Shown here in pieces: positions 1 through 9,425 of a DNA stretch of 64,000 nucleotides. Position 1 is the first letter of the stretch; each line of letters opens with the position of its first letter. The stretch is taken from the NCBI GenBank assembly GCA_021736135.1, contig JAIPGO010000009.1, positions 704 to 64,703 on the forward strand. The letters are read 5' to 3'. The position numbers were made by a program, and so were the translations under genes. The notes beneath the pieces were generated by a model, which worked only from the letters and a program-made list of their open reading frames with translations, was not told the origin of the DNA and did not search any database. The stretch comes from Candidatus Cloacimonadota bacterium (GTDB lineage Bacteria > Cloacimonadota > Cloacimonadia > Cloacimonadales > TCS61).

Positions 1-409
1 ATAAAATAACTGTATAACTACCAGCTAATAACAAACCAGATATAAAAAAGATTATCGCTAAAAAGATTAACAATAAAGGTTTTGTATGTCCTGTTCTTGT
101 CTCAGAAATAGAATCTAACGGAATAGATATAATTTCTTCTCCAAACATACTCCTTTCTTCAAAATTCAGTTCATCCTGTTTTAATATAAGTTCATACCTG
201 TTACTTATATTCAATTTGTGCATTATCCACGAAAAAAAACCCGCTCTTCTTCCTACTAAATGGATAATTGTTTCGCCTTCCAGTGATTCATCTAAATCGT
301 ACTTTGTCATTACGAGAAAGGGTACTTTTGACTTTCTATTAATGAAATAAGCAATAAAAAAGAAAATAACAAAGTAAATTATTAAACTTAAAAAAGAACT
401 AGCAATCAT
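1..409 (-). CDS. Hypothetical membrane protein, runs off the left window edge
   Basis: Hand-translated: ATG at 409 with AGGAGG RBS; MIASSFLSLIIYFVIFFIAYFINRKSK...PLLLIFLAIIFFISGLLLAG; no stop before position 1. Confidence 0.7.
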   Translation of the reverse strand, partial: MIASSFLSLIIYFVIFFFIAYFINRKSKVPFLVMTKYDLDESLEGETIIHLVGRRAGFFSWIMHKLNISNRYELILKQDELNFEERSMFGEEIISIPLDSISETRTGHTKPLLLIFLAIIFFISGLLLAGSYTVIL

Positions 410-717
410 ATTACCTCCTAAGTTTTAATTTAATTTATTTATTAACAAGGAAATTGTCAAGAAAACTCATTTTCCGTACGAGTATGCGCGGGAGTGAGGG
501 GGAGAAAATGAGAGGGTGTGAAGATGTGATATAAGAGTAATGTAAAATGTAAAATTTTTTAACCCAAAGTAAGAGAAAAAATAGTAATATAAATCTCTTA
601 TCCGTGTAAATCCGTGTAATCCGTGGCTAAATACTCTTTTCTTCTTTTCCAGAATCCTGATTCCGAGTTTCGAATTCCGAGTTACGAATAAGGACAAACG
701 ATTAACTATTAATTTTT

Positions 718-2709
718 TCATAAAATTGCATTCTCAGTAAAGCATTTCAATAGATCCTGATATAATCCCGGCTGATTGATAAGATCAGCGTGTTTTCCGC
801 TTTGCGTTATTTTCCCGTTTTGCATTATATGAAAAGTGTCAGCCAGGTTCATTAGTGCATTAATATTATGTGTAATTAAAAGCCCCTTTTTGTCCTTTAA
901 ACTACTTTTTAACACTGCCAGAAGTTCGCGTTCAGTGATGAGATCAAGACTGGTAAATGGTTCATCCAGTATTACAAATTCAGGCTCTTCTCTCAACAAA
1001 AATCTTGCCAGCGCCAGCCTTTGTTTTTCACCGCCAGATATGGAAATTCCATCGCTTCCCAGATTTCTGCCCTGCAATTCTTCAATACCAGCCAGATGGA
1101 TAATATCGTTAAGTTTTTCTTTTTCGACGTAATTCTGCTCAAAACTTATCCTGCTTATCTCCTGGACAATGGAATCAATATTCCTGACCAAGGTCTTAAC
1201 ATATTCAAAATAATCATTTACCCTATCATCAGCAGGCCTGAATATTCCTATTAACTCCAGACAGGGCAGCATTTCCTTTTCCTTTTCCAGCCACTTATGT
1301 ATTTGCAAAAAATTCTCCGTTTCAATTCTATCACTAAGTTCCGCAAATATTCGTCTGAAATCTTGTTCATAATCTTTCATGATCTTATCTTTTTCTTTAA
1401 GTGGAATCACTTGTCTATTTAGCGTGAGATTAAACTCCAGATCATGATTAAATATCTCTATTACTTGCGGCAAAAGGTTGATCTTAAATAGGTAATACCT
1501 CAGAGGAAAATGCTTAACATTTTCTCCATCAACACTGATCAATCCGTCTTTTAACTGTATCTCCTGACACATACTCTTAATTAGAGATGATTTCCCTTCA
1601 CCTGATAATCCTACGAGTCCCGTTATGCCATCCTTAATTCCAAAAGAAAGTTTATCAAAAACAGGCTGGAAATCTTTATAAGAAAAATCTAAATTCGATA
1701 CCTTGATCTCCCCCCAGTGGCTTTCCGGAAGAAGTTTTGGTACATTTCCATTATCCTCAAGATAATTATTCTCAATATTGTCCAAGCGCTTAATACTTAC
1801 GGTAGCAAACCTGAATCTTTGTATTGTATCAACAATATTATTCACAGGATTAATTATTATCATGTAGTATGACAACATAGCTAAAAGGGTTCCAAAAGTA
1901 ATGTTCTTATTTAGCAGTAAGTCTATTGAAACAAGCAAAATTAGTACTAATCCCGTTCCACTTAACAATCCGAGTAATGCTGACGGAAGCGATTGTAAAT
2001 TCAGAATTTTTAGCAATCCTTTCTGCATCTTTTCATAGCGTGCCCTCATACTATTTTCAAGCTTGTGACTTATAGACAGGTGACGGATAATCTGGGTATT
2101 GGATAGTTGATCAATTAATTCATTATACATTTCTCCGGAAGCAGACCGGTTATCACTGTAGGCTTTGACCTGGCTTCTGGAAAAAAGTAAGCTAATTAGC
2201 AGGGCAAGTCCCATATATCCAATACAAATAAAACCATAGGTTGTTGACCATCTGATCACAATAAAGAAAACTAACACTGATTGTATGATACTAAAAACCA
2301 GGTCAAAGAGCGCTAGATTAAATATTGAGCTGGTTAATCTGTTGATATCACCAAACATCATATCGGCATATTGACCGCTGCCCCAGTTTGATATCCTGCT
2401 TTTCTTCTGATTCACGATCAGTTTCAAATATTGAAAAAAGAAATGATTATCTATTTTCAACTTAAGTCTGCTATAGACCAAGTTACTCAAAATACTCACT
2501 AAAGGAATGCCTATCTGGGTTCCCATAAACACAAATAGAAAAAAATAATTTATCCTGCTCTCTTCTATGACGGTATCTAATAAATACTTTTGATAAAGTG
2601 GTGATATCAATTGAAATATGTAAACAAAAGAATACAACAGTCCTAAGCACAAAAATATTACAAAATGTATGCTTTTCACACGCTTGATTATACTAATCAA
2701 GTTCTTCAT
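718..2709 (-). CDS. ABC exporter, fused permease + ATPase (candidate peptide exporter)
   Basis: N-terminal TM domain; Walker A GLSGEGKS, signature ISGGEKQ, Walker B VILDE, H-loop ITHN; no C39 peptidase domain seen. Confidence 0.9.
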   Translation of the reverse strand: MKNLISIIKRVKSIHFVIFLCLGLLYSFVYIFQLISPLYQKYLLDTVIEESRINYFFLFVFMGTQIGIPLVSILSNLVYSRLKLKIDNHFFFQYLKLIVNQKKSRISNWGSGQYADMMFGDINRLTSSIFNLALFDLVFSIIQSVLVFFIVIRWSTTYGFICIGYMGLALLISLLFSRSQVKAYSDNRSASGEMYNELIDQLSNTQIIRHLSISHKLENSMRARYEKMQKGLLKILNLQSLPSALLGLLSGTGLVLILLVSIDLLLNKNITFGTLLAMLSYYMIIINPVNNIVDTIQRFRFATVSIKRLDNIENNYLEDNGNVPKLLPESHWGEIKVSNLDFSYKDFQPVFDKLSFGIKDGITGLVGLSGEGKSSLIKSMCQEIQLKDGLISVDGENVKHFPLRYYLFKINLLPQVIEIFNHDLEFNLTLNRQVIPLKEKDKIMKDYEQDFRRIFAELSDRIETENFLQIHKWLEKEKEMLPCLELIGIFRPADDRVNDYFEYVKTLVRNIDSIVQEISRISFEQNYVEKEKLNDIIHLAGIEELQGRNLGSDGISISGGEKQRLALARFLLREEPEFVILDEPFTSLDLITERELLAVLKSSLKDKKGLLITHNINALMNLADTFHIMQNGKITQSGKHADLINQPGLYQDLLKCFTENAIL

Positions 2710-2720
2710 AAATTCTCCTT

Positions 2721-2749
2721 AAAAAATGGTGGAGAGTTGCCTCTCCACC
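2721..2749 (-). terminator. Intrinsic terminator/attenuator after the small peptide gene
   Basis: Perfect 9-bp stem GGTGGAGAG/CTCTCCACC with 4-nt loop, followed by a T-tract on the minus strand. Confidence 0.7.
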
Positions 2750-2759
2750 TTACGCTTTT

Positions 2760-2897
2760 TTAACCACTTATAGGTGGACAACCGCACAAGAAAGTGCAAA
2801 GGGGCTCACATAGACCATAACAATGAATGTCACGGGCATCTCCAGTAATTAAAACACTTTTGCCCAGATGCTCAACTGCAGGTACTAATACTTTCAT
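2760..2897 (-). CDS. Cys-rich 45-aa candidate RiPP precursor (absent from ORF track)
   Basis: Hand-translated MKVLVPAVEHLGKSVLITGDARDIHCYGLCEPLCTFLCGCPPISG*; AGGAGG RBS; C-x3-C-x3-C-x3-C-x-C; lies between SPASM gene and ABC exporter. Confidence 0.8.
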   Translation of the reverse strand: MKVLVPAVEHLGKSVLITGDARDIHCYGLCEPLCTFLCGCPPISG

Positions 2898-2935
2898 TTT
2901 TCCTCCTTCAAGGTTATTTTTCCATAACCTTTTTT

Positions 2936-3529
2936 TTAAGTCAATATTTGTAATACTGACCTGTTTTTTACATAACAGCTTCTCTTGTTTGTTTTATGAT
3001 AATCAACCGGACATCCTCCAAAACATATTGGGAGATATTTGCATTCCCTGCATTCAATATCTTTAAAAGGATTATTGGAGGCGTAATTAACTACTTTCGT
3101 GAAATCGAGTGTTATCTGTCCCTTCTCATTAATATATCCAATATTATCTAATTCAAATTCTCTATCTGATCCGCATTTCCAGACAGTTAAATCCGGGAAT
3201 AAATGAAAGGTATTAAGCCCTCCATCTCCTTCACAGTAGTAGAAACTACCAGGTTTCTTATGTGTTTCCAAAGTATAAAATCCAATACTTCTTGCTTTGG
3301 CAATAAATTTATCTATCTCTAATAAATTTGAATTTGTCTTTTGAAATTTATCTGTATTAAATATTGGTCTGATTACTAATTCTATCACTTCCTTTTCTTT
3401 TTCAGTGAACTGATTAAGAAAAGTTGCAAGTTCAGAAAGCTCATTATTAAATATGTTTAACCTTATACTTACTTTTGTCTTATTTAATCCATCTAAGTCC
3501 ATTGCGGAAAAGTCTTGACTATTCTGCAA
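2936..3529 (-). pseudogene. Radical SAM/SPASM peptide maturase, C-terminal fragment only
   Basis: SPASM cysteines (YYC..WKC..CRECKYLPICFGGC..C) present; no CxxxCxxC motif and far shorter than a full maturase. Confidence 0.75.
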
Positions 3530-3549
3530 AGTGCTGCAGTTTAGTCGCT

Positions 3550-4686
3550 ATGAAAAGAAATAAAGAAAAAATTATACTCAGCGATTTAGAAAAGAAGATG
3601 GTATTTGTTACTGGCCCCAGACAGGTGGGCAAGACCTGGCTGGCAAAAAAAGTTGCTGAAAGCTTTTTGCATCCCGTTTATTTGAATTATGACAGGTTAG
3701 CTGACAGAAAAATTATCCGCAACGAATCCTGGTTATCTAATACCGATCTGATCATCTTTGACGAGATCCATAAGATGAAAGACTGGAAGAATTATCTCAA
3801 AGGAGTTTTTGATACTAGAGAAGAAAAATTGCGAATATTAATAACAGGCAGTGCCAGGCTCGAAACCTTTCACAAGGCTGGAGATTCACTGGCTGGAAGA
3901 TATTTTCTGCATCATTTGCTGCCCTTTACACCGTTTGAAGTGGCAGGCAGAGCAGAAGATTTGAATCCGAACATCCTTTCAGAAGGAGGATTTCCGGAAC
4001 CGTTACTGTCATATAGCGAGAGGTTTGTGAAAAGATGGCGGAATTTTTATATAAATGGTTTGCTCAGGGAAGACGTCGCTGATTTAACAAAACTGGCAAA
4101 AAACAAAGAACTTGAGCTTCTTCTGGAATTACTCAGGCAGCGGGTCTGTTCGCCCGTATCGTTCAGTTCATTGAGTACCGATCTTCAAATCTCTCCCAAT
4201 ACGGTAAAACGTTACATAGAAATTCTGGAAGCACTTTACATAGTTTTCAGGGTAACACCATTTTCCAATAATATAGCCAGATCAATTTTGAAGGAACCCA
4301 AACTTTATTTTTATGATACGGGAATGGTGATTGGTGATGCTGGACAGAAACTCGAAAACGCCGTAGCTGTTTCTTTGATGGACTATACTTTTAGACAATA
4401 TGAAGAGATGGGAGAAATTTCCGGACTTCATTATATCCGCACAAAAGAGAAAAAGGAAATTGATTTTTGTCTCACGAAATCAGTGAATCCAATCCTCTTT
4501 CTGGAAGTGAAGAATAGTGATTATAACCTCAGCAAAACACTGTGTGATTTTTCTATCAAATACAAGGTAAAAGCAGTGCAACTTGTTGGTAATCTTAAAC
4601 GAGAGCGAATCGAAAATGATATCGAGATCAGAGATGTGACAAGATTTCTGACGGAAGAATTAGCGACTGAGGGTGTAAGGGTGTGA
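3550..4686 (+). CDS. AAA+ superfamily ATPase (AAA_14 + DUF4143 type)
   Basis: GPRQVGKT Walker A, IIFDEIH Walker B, ITGS, GGFP, KLYFYDTG, C-terminal EIDF...EVK; ATG 3550 preferred over 3475. Confidence 0.88.
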   Translation: MKRNKEKIILSDLEKKMVFVTGPRQVGKTWLAKKVAESFLHPVYLNYDRLADRKIIRNESWLSNTDLIIFDEIHKMKDWKNYLKGVFDTREEKLRILITGSARLETFHKAGDSLAGRYFLHHLLPFTPFEVAGRAEDLNPNILSEGGFPEPLLSYSERFVKRWRNFYINGLLREDVADLTKLAKNKELELLLELLRQRVCSPVSFSSLSTDLQISPNTVKRYIEILEALYIVFRVTPFSNNIARSILKEPKLYFYDTGMVIGDAGQKLENAVAVSLMDYTFRQYEEMGEISGLHYIRTKEKKEIDFCLTKSVNPILFLEVKNSDYNLSKTLCDFSIKYKVKAVQLVGNLKRERIENDIEIRDVTRFLTEELATEGVRV

Positions 4687-5151
4687 GGGTGTGAGAGTGC
4701 GACTAAAGGTAATTGAAAATTGGATTCTTTATATTTTGCAGTTCTATTTTCCTTATTCACCAATCACTGGTTCCTCTTTCGCATTTACTCTGTGTTCTCT
4801 GTGGTGAGGTATCTTCTCTTAATATTTCGAGTTTCGGATTTCGAGTCACGGATTTCAGGGGGATGGCAGCAAGATGGGATTAAGGTGTTGACATGGTAAA
4901 GTGGCAGGAATTTTGTCGTTTGTGTCAGGATTATGAGAATGCGGTTTTGAAAGCATTCAGGGCAAATATCCTTAGTGTAATAAAGAGGTAAACTTAACCG
5001 GCTCACAGTTGCTGTGGTTGATAAGTGGAACCGAAATAGTGCGAAAGCAGAGGATACAGGGCTGTGAGATGGTGATTTAAACGATAAATTATGAATAAAA
5101 GTGAAAGGAATGATAGAGAGAAAAATGTTTGACAATTACAGGAGCGGACAG

Positions 5152-6054
5152 ATGAAGATATTGCCATACGGGGCGGCATTGCTGGCGATGTTTTTCTGGG
5201 CTGCCTCCTTTATTGTCATCAAGATCGCTTATTTATATATGGGTGCCTATACTTTAACGTTTTTACGCCTGGTGGCAGCGTCATTGCTTATGCCTATCTT
5301 ATATTATATCAGTCCTCAACGGGACCGGATCAAGCGGAAACATATACTTCATCTGCTGCTGCTCTCCTTTTTCGAGCCATTTCTTTATTTTATTGGAGAG
5401 AGTAAAGGGATGCTTTATGTTCCGGCATCTTACGGCGCTATAATCATATCTTTGATACCGCTTGTAACACCGATAGTTGCCTGGATTTTGATAAAGGAAC
5501 CCATTACAAAGTGGGGAATTGCCGGCACGATCATTTCATTCAGCGGGGTAGCGTTGCTGGTTTCAGGAAATGCAGATGGAACCGTATCTTTGAAAGGCCT
5601 GGCCTTTTTATTTCTGGCAGTATTGGCAGCGGTAGGTTATGGCATAAGTTTGCGTCAGATTGCCCATGAATATAAGCCCGTGACGATAGTGATGGTGCAG
5701 ACTTTCTTTGGCATGCTTTATTTTCTGCCGCTTTTCCTGATTTTTGAGAGCAGGCAGTTTTTTACTGCCATCCCCCCCTGGGAGGCATTTTTGCCAGTAT
5801 TGGGACTGGCAATATTTTGTACTTGTGGGGCATTTCTGCTTTTCACATTTGCTATCCGCCAGATTGGGCTGAATAATGCAAATATACTTTCTAACATGAT
5901 CCCTGTTTTCACGACAGTACTGGCATTTTTCATACTTAAGGAAGCAGTGCCGGTGACGAAGGCGGTTGGTATTTTAATAGTAGTGGGCGGACTTTTTTTA
6001 TCTCAATACCCGCTGCTGGTAAAAGCGAAAAAGCGCAGACATTTATTAAAATAA
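5152..6054 (+). CDS. DMT/EamA family transporter
   Basis: About 10 hydrophobic segments in two repeats; FWAASF and FLRL motifs; AGGAG before ATG 5152. Confidence 0.88.
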   Translation: MKILPYGAALLAMFFWAASFIVIKIAYLYMGAYTLTFLRLVAASLLMPILYYISPQRDRIKRKHILHLLLLSFFEPFLYFIGESKGMLYVPASYGAIIISLIPLVTPIVAWILIKEPITKWGIAGTIISFSGVALLVSGNADGTVSLKGLAFLFLAVLAAVGYGISLRQIAHEYKPVTIVMVQTFFGMLYFLPLFLIFESRQFFTAIPPWEAFLPVLGLAIFCTCGAFLLFTFAIRQIGLNNANILSNMIPVFTTVLAFFILKEAVPVTKAVGILIVVGGLFLSQYPLLVKAKKRRHLLK

Positions 6055-6130
6055 CTGTCTAAGCTTTTGAGAAAGTGGACAGAAAAATGAGAGAAAACAT
6101 AATTTGTCCGAAAATATTCAGGAGGTAGAA

Positions 6131-6679
6131 ATGACGACAAGAGCAAGAATCGCAATTGTAGTAATATTAGTTTTTCTGGCAGGCAGTGCAGTTCTGCTGG
6201 CTGGACCGAAAGTTGTTACAAGCGGCAAGAAAAGTCCCCGAGTTATTCAAAAAGAAACACTGCCCAAAGGTTCCGTGGAAATTGAAGTAGGTGGAGAACG
6301 TTACTATCAGAATCATGGGATCTTTTATAAAAAACACCCGCATGGTTATAAAGTGGTTAAAGCTCCCAAAGGTGCGCGGATCAGACGTATACCTGACGGA
6401 TTCCGGATGGTTCGCCGGCATGACAGAGTGTTTTATGTATTTTACCATACCTGGTATTATTATGATGAACCGAATGATGTATATATAGTAGTAGATGAAC
6501 CGGAAGATGAATACAAAGACAACAGCAGCGATAAAATATACTTGGTAAACGGCTCAGTTCTGGTGGGAATGTTTCTGGGGGGAACCGACGAAATAGTCAA
6601 ATTCCTCTTTGATGATGAAGTACGCAAAATTCCGGTGGAGGAAATAGTTTCTATAGAATTTGCAGCAGCGATGGAATAA
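6131..6679 (+). CDS. Secreted protein, DUF6515-like
   Basis: Signal peptide; YY..GIFY...GYKVVKAPKGA..RIP.G repeat pattern; GGAGG RBS. Confidence 0.6.
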   Translation: MTTRARIAIVVILVFLAGSAVLLAGPKVVTSGKKSPRVIQKETLPKGSVEIEVGGERYYQNHGIFYKKHPHGYKVVKAPKGARIRRIPDGFRMVRRHDRVFYVFYHTWYYYDEPNDVYIVVDEPEDEYKDNSSDKIYLVNGSVLVGMFLGGTDEIVKFLFDDEVRKIPVEEIVSIEFAAAME

Positions 6680-6766
6680 CCCGGTAACCAGTGTTCAGTG
6701 ACCGGAAATAAATTAAACCACAGATTGCAGGGATTTGGGATCTCTGAAATCTGTGGTTATTTTTTA

Positions 6767-6939
6767 ACCCATTTTGGGCAGTAGGATTTGATGAAGAGTA
6801 GTCCCGATGCATATCGGGATGAGTACAGAAGAGTTAGAGAATTTTTATGAATATTATTTTTATATTTATAAAAATTATCTAACTCTCTCTGTGCCAAAAT
6901 CTTACTGCTATTCGCAAATTTCTACTGCACAATATGGGT
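6767..6939. mobile_element. MITE, 173 bp (copy 1)
   Basis: TIRs ACCCATTTTGGGCAGTAG / CTACTGCACAATATGGGT, TTA on both flanks; homologous inverted copy at 27790-27952. Confidence 0.8.
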
Positions 6940-7345
6940 TTAATCCATCTAGTGCAACTCGGATACTTACTACTCTTTGCAAAAGCCTGACTCGGATAAA
7001 CCGAAACCAAAAAATGAAGATTATCAACCGCGAAAAGCACGAAAAGAAGAAATATAGCTGATTTGAGGTTGAGACCTTGCGGATGATTGCAGACCTCCGA
7101 AGGCTTTTACTTAAAATTCTGCCCAAAAAATGTAAGAATATTTTAGCCGCGTACTACGCTAACAACGCGAACGAATACAATTATTATATTATTAATTGCT
7201 TTCAGCAAAAACAGGATGCTACTTAAATATAGCCTAATATTTTTAAAGTATTCTCTTCAGTTCGCGTTGTTCACGACTCATAATCTCTTGTTCTACCAAA
7301 AGAATGTTAGAATATTATTGTTAATGTACTACTGCACAAAATGGG

Positions 7346-7741
7346 TTAATGACAGAAAATATAGAGGTGGCGGGTGCGGGGTCCGTCGAATTCACAGAAG
7401 AATATGCCCTGCCAGGTACCCAGAAAAAGATTACCGTTTTCGATAATAACCTCCTGAGAGCATCCGATGAGAGAACTTTTCAGATGACTGTCGGAATTAC
7501 CTTCCAGATGGCGGAATTCCTTGAGAACGGGAGAGATACGGTTTAAAGCCAATATTATATCCTGCTGAACGGAGGGATCAGCATGTTCATTGATGGTGAC
7601 AGCAGCGGTAGTGTGCGGGACATATAGCGTTATACTGCCATTGAGGAGCGACATATCCGAGACAGCTCTTCGCACTTGAGCCGTTATATCGATCATCTCA
7701 TTCCGGGAATGAGATATGATCGTGATCTCTTTTTTCTTCAT
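7346..7741 (-). CDS. YjbQ/UPF0047 family protein
   Basis: HTTAA..INE, H.EGNSDSHLKS and LGTWQGIFFCEFDGPR motifs. Confidence 0.9.
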   Translation of the reverse strand: MKKKEITIISHSRNEMIDITAQVRRAVSDMSLLNGSITLYVPHTTAAVTINEHADPSVQQDIILALNRISPVLKEFRHLEGNSDSHLKSSLIGCSQEVIIENGNLFLGTWQGIFFCEFDGPRTRHLYIFCH

Positions 7742-7760
7742 AATTTACCTCTTGAATTTT

Positions 7761-7942
7761 ACCCTTTTTGTGCAATAGACTTTTACAAAGAGTTGTAAGA
7801 TCTAATCTGCAATTGGATTTACCCATCACCGTTCACCGTTCACCGTTCACCGTTCACCAATTAAATATTTATGATTATTTTGTAACTTACTCTGTGACAG
7901 AAACCTGATGCTATTTGTGAAATCCTACTGCACAATATCGAT
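7761..7942. mobile_element. Degenerate MITE of the same TIR family, carrying a 7-bp repeat
   Basis: ACCCTTTTTGTGCAATAG ... CTACTGCACAATATCGAT; about five TTCACCG units at 7825-7858. Confidence 0.5.
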
Positions 7943-8114
7943 TCAAATGTGAGTAATTATCTGATTTTGTCAAGTATGCTTATTTTCTGTCGAGATTATT
8001 ATAATTAGCAGCAGGGTAAGTTTTTTTAAGGGAAATGTTGTCTTAAAACTCAAATTCTTTATATTATATATTTATGGGAAGAGCACGTAATAAGTGGTGA
8101 TGGTAAAAAAGCTC

Positions 8115-8148
8115 TTGACTTTTATAATGATTACAAAAATGTAGTCAT
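8115..8148 (+). promoter_or_regulatory. Per-box-like operator next to a -35 hexamer
   Basis: TTGACT (8115-8120) then TTATAATGATTACAA (8122-8136), one mismatch to the B. subtilis Per box TTATAATnATTATAA, directly upstream of the Fur/PerR gene. Confidence 0.7.
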
Positions 8149-8165
8149 AACAAAGGGGAATATTA

Positions 8166-8570
8166 ATGCGAGATGCTAAAAGAATTCTGGAAGAGAAGGA
8201 TATAAGTCCTTCTTTACAACGTGTGATAATATTGAAATATCTTCAGGAACATCCGAACCATCCGACAGTGGAGGATGTATATCACGATTTGATTGATGAT
8301 ATACCTACCCTATCCAAGACGACTATCTATAATACTTTAAAGTTATTTACCCAGAAAGGTATTGTATATCAACTGGCGGTACCGGGAAATGAAGCGCATT
8401 ATGATTATTCAGAGGGTTATCATGCTCATTTGCTGTGTGAGGAGTGTGGTGGTATTTTTGATATTGAGAGTGACATATCCTTGAATATTGAAAATGATCT
8501 GGAAGGTCACCTGATACTGGGAATAGAAGTGATTTACCGTGGTATCTGCCGTAACTGCAGGAAAGAATAA
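8166..8570 (+). CDS. perR: Fur-family regulator, probably PerR
   Basis: HPTVEDVY..TIYNTL helix-turn-helix, HAHLLCEECG, C-terminal CRNC; heads an oxidative-stress cluster. Confidence 0.85.
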   Translation: MRDAKRILEEKDISPSLQRVIILKYLQEHPNHPTVEDVYHDLIDDIPTLSKTTIYNTLKLFTQKGIVYQLAVPGNEAHYDYSEGYHAHLLCEECGGIFDIESDISLNIENDLEGHLILGIEVIYRGICRNCRKE

Positions 8571-9370
8571 TGCCGGAATTGCCAGAAGTGGAAACCATTG
8601 TGCGTGAATTGCGCGGAGAAATAACAGGAAAGGAACTTACAGAAATAATCAGTCTGCGGCCCGGAACAGTAAAGGGAGCATGCAAGAAGGAGTCGGGAAC
8701 CCTGGGCAGGATAAACTCGGTGAGTCGAAGAGGTAAATATATCATTCTGGGAACAGATAGTGACCTGGCAATAGTTATCCATTTAAGAATGACGGGTAAA
8801 TTACAGAAGCGGAAGGAGAACGAAGAGCGCCCAGCCCATTGTCGGGCGGAACTGCAATTCGGAGATGGGAGTGTATATTATTTTGATGATGTGCGAACAT
8901 TTGGAAAGATAGAAATATTAGAAAGCGGCAACCTGTCAGGAGCATTGAGTAAACTGGGAATAGAGCCATTTAGTGCTGAATTTAATGCGGAATATCTCAG
9001 TAACCGGATGCATAACAGGAAAGCACCGATAAAAAGTTTATTATTAGACCAGTCACTAATAGCCGGACTGGGTAATATTTACGTATGTGAAATTCTGCAC
9101 CGCTGCGGAATTGCACCGCAAAGAGAGGGTAACAGTCTCAGAAGAGAAGAATTTGGCAAATTAGCTGCCGAGACAACTCAGGTATTAAGTGAAGCCATTG
9201 AGAAAAACGGGACAACCATCTCAGATTATCGCAGAGTGGATAACAAGCGGGGAGAGTTTCAGAATTTTCTACGTGTTTATGGCAAGAAAGACTGCGTCTG
9301 CGGGAATAAAATTCTACGCATAAAGCAATCAGGCAGGACAAGTTACTACTGTCCGGTCTGCCAGCAATAA
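8570..9370 (+). CDS. mutM: Formamidopyrimidine-DNA glycosylase
   Basis: MPELPEVE N-terminus, RRGKY, HLRMTG, GLGNIY, C-terminal zinc finger. Confidence 0.97.
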   Translation: MPELPEVETIVRELRGEITGKELTEIISLRPGTVKGACKKESGTLGRINSVSRRGKYIILGTDSDLAIVIHLRMTGKLQKRKENEERPAHCRAELQFGDGSVYYFDDVRTFGKIEILESGNLSGALSKLGIEPFSAEFNAEYLSNRMHNRKAPIKSLLLDQSLIAGLGNIYVCEILHRCGIAPQREGNSLRREEFGKLAAETTQVLSEAIEKNGTTISDYRRVDNKRGEFQNFLRVYGKKDCVCGNKILRIKQSGRTSYYCPVCQQ

Positions 9371-9425
9371 GGAATTAATTGAAAACAGAGAAAAAATAAT
9401 TAAGATATAGAACAGGAGGTTATTA

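Noticed and set aside
467-721. 84-aa ORF; likewise 4785-5135, 6807-7061, 26530-26757, 28072-28290, 57584-57978 and 59794-59976
   Set aside because: They are translations of intergenic repeats, MITEs or palindromes (e.g. HGLHGFTRI, SRITNHESR)
3475-3549. N-terminal extension of the AAA ATPase
   Set aside because: Overlaps the rSAM remnant and a likely promoter; the family-like sequence begins at ATG 3550
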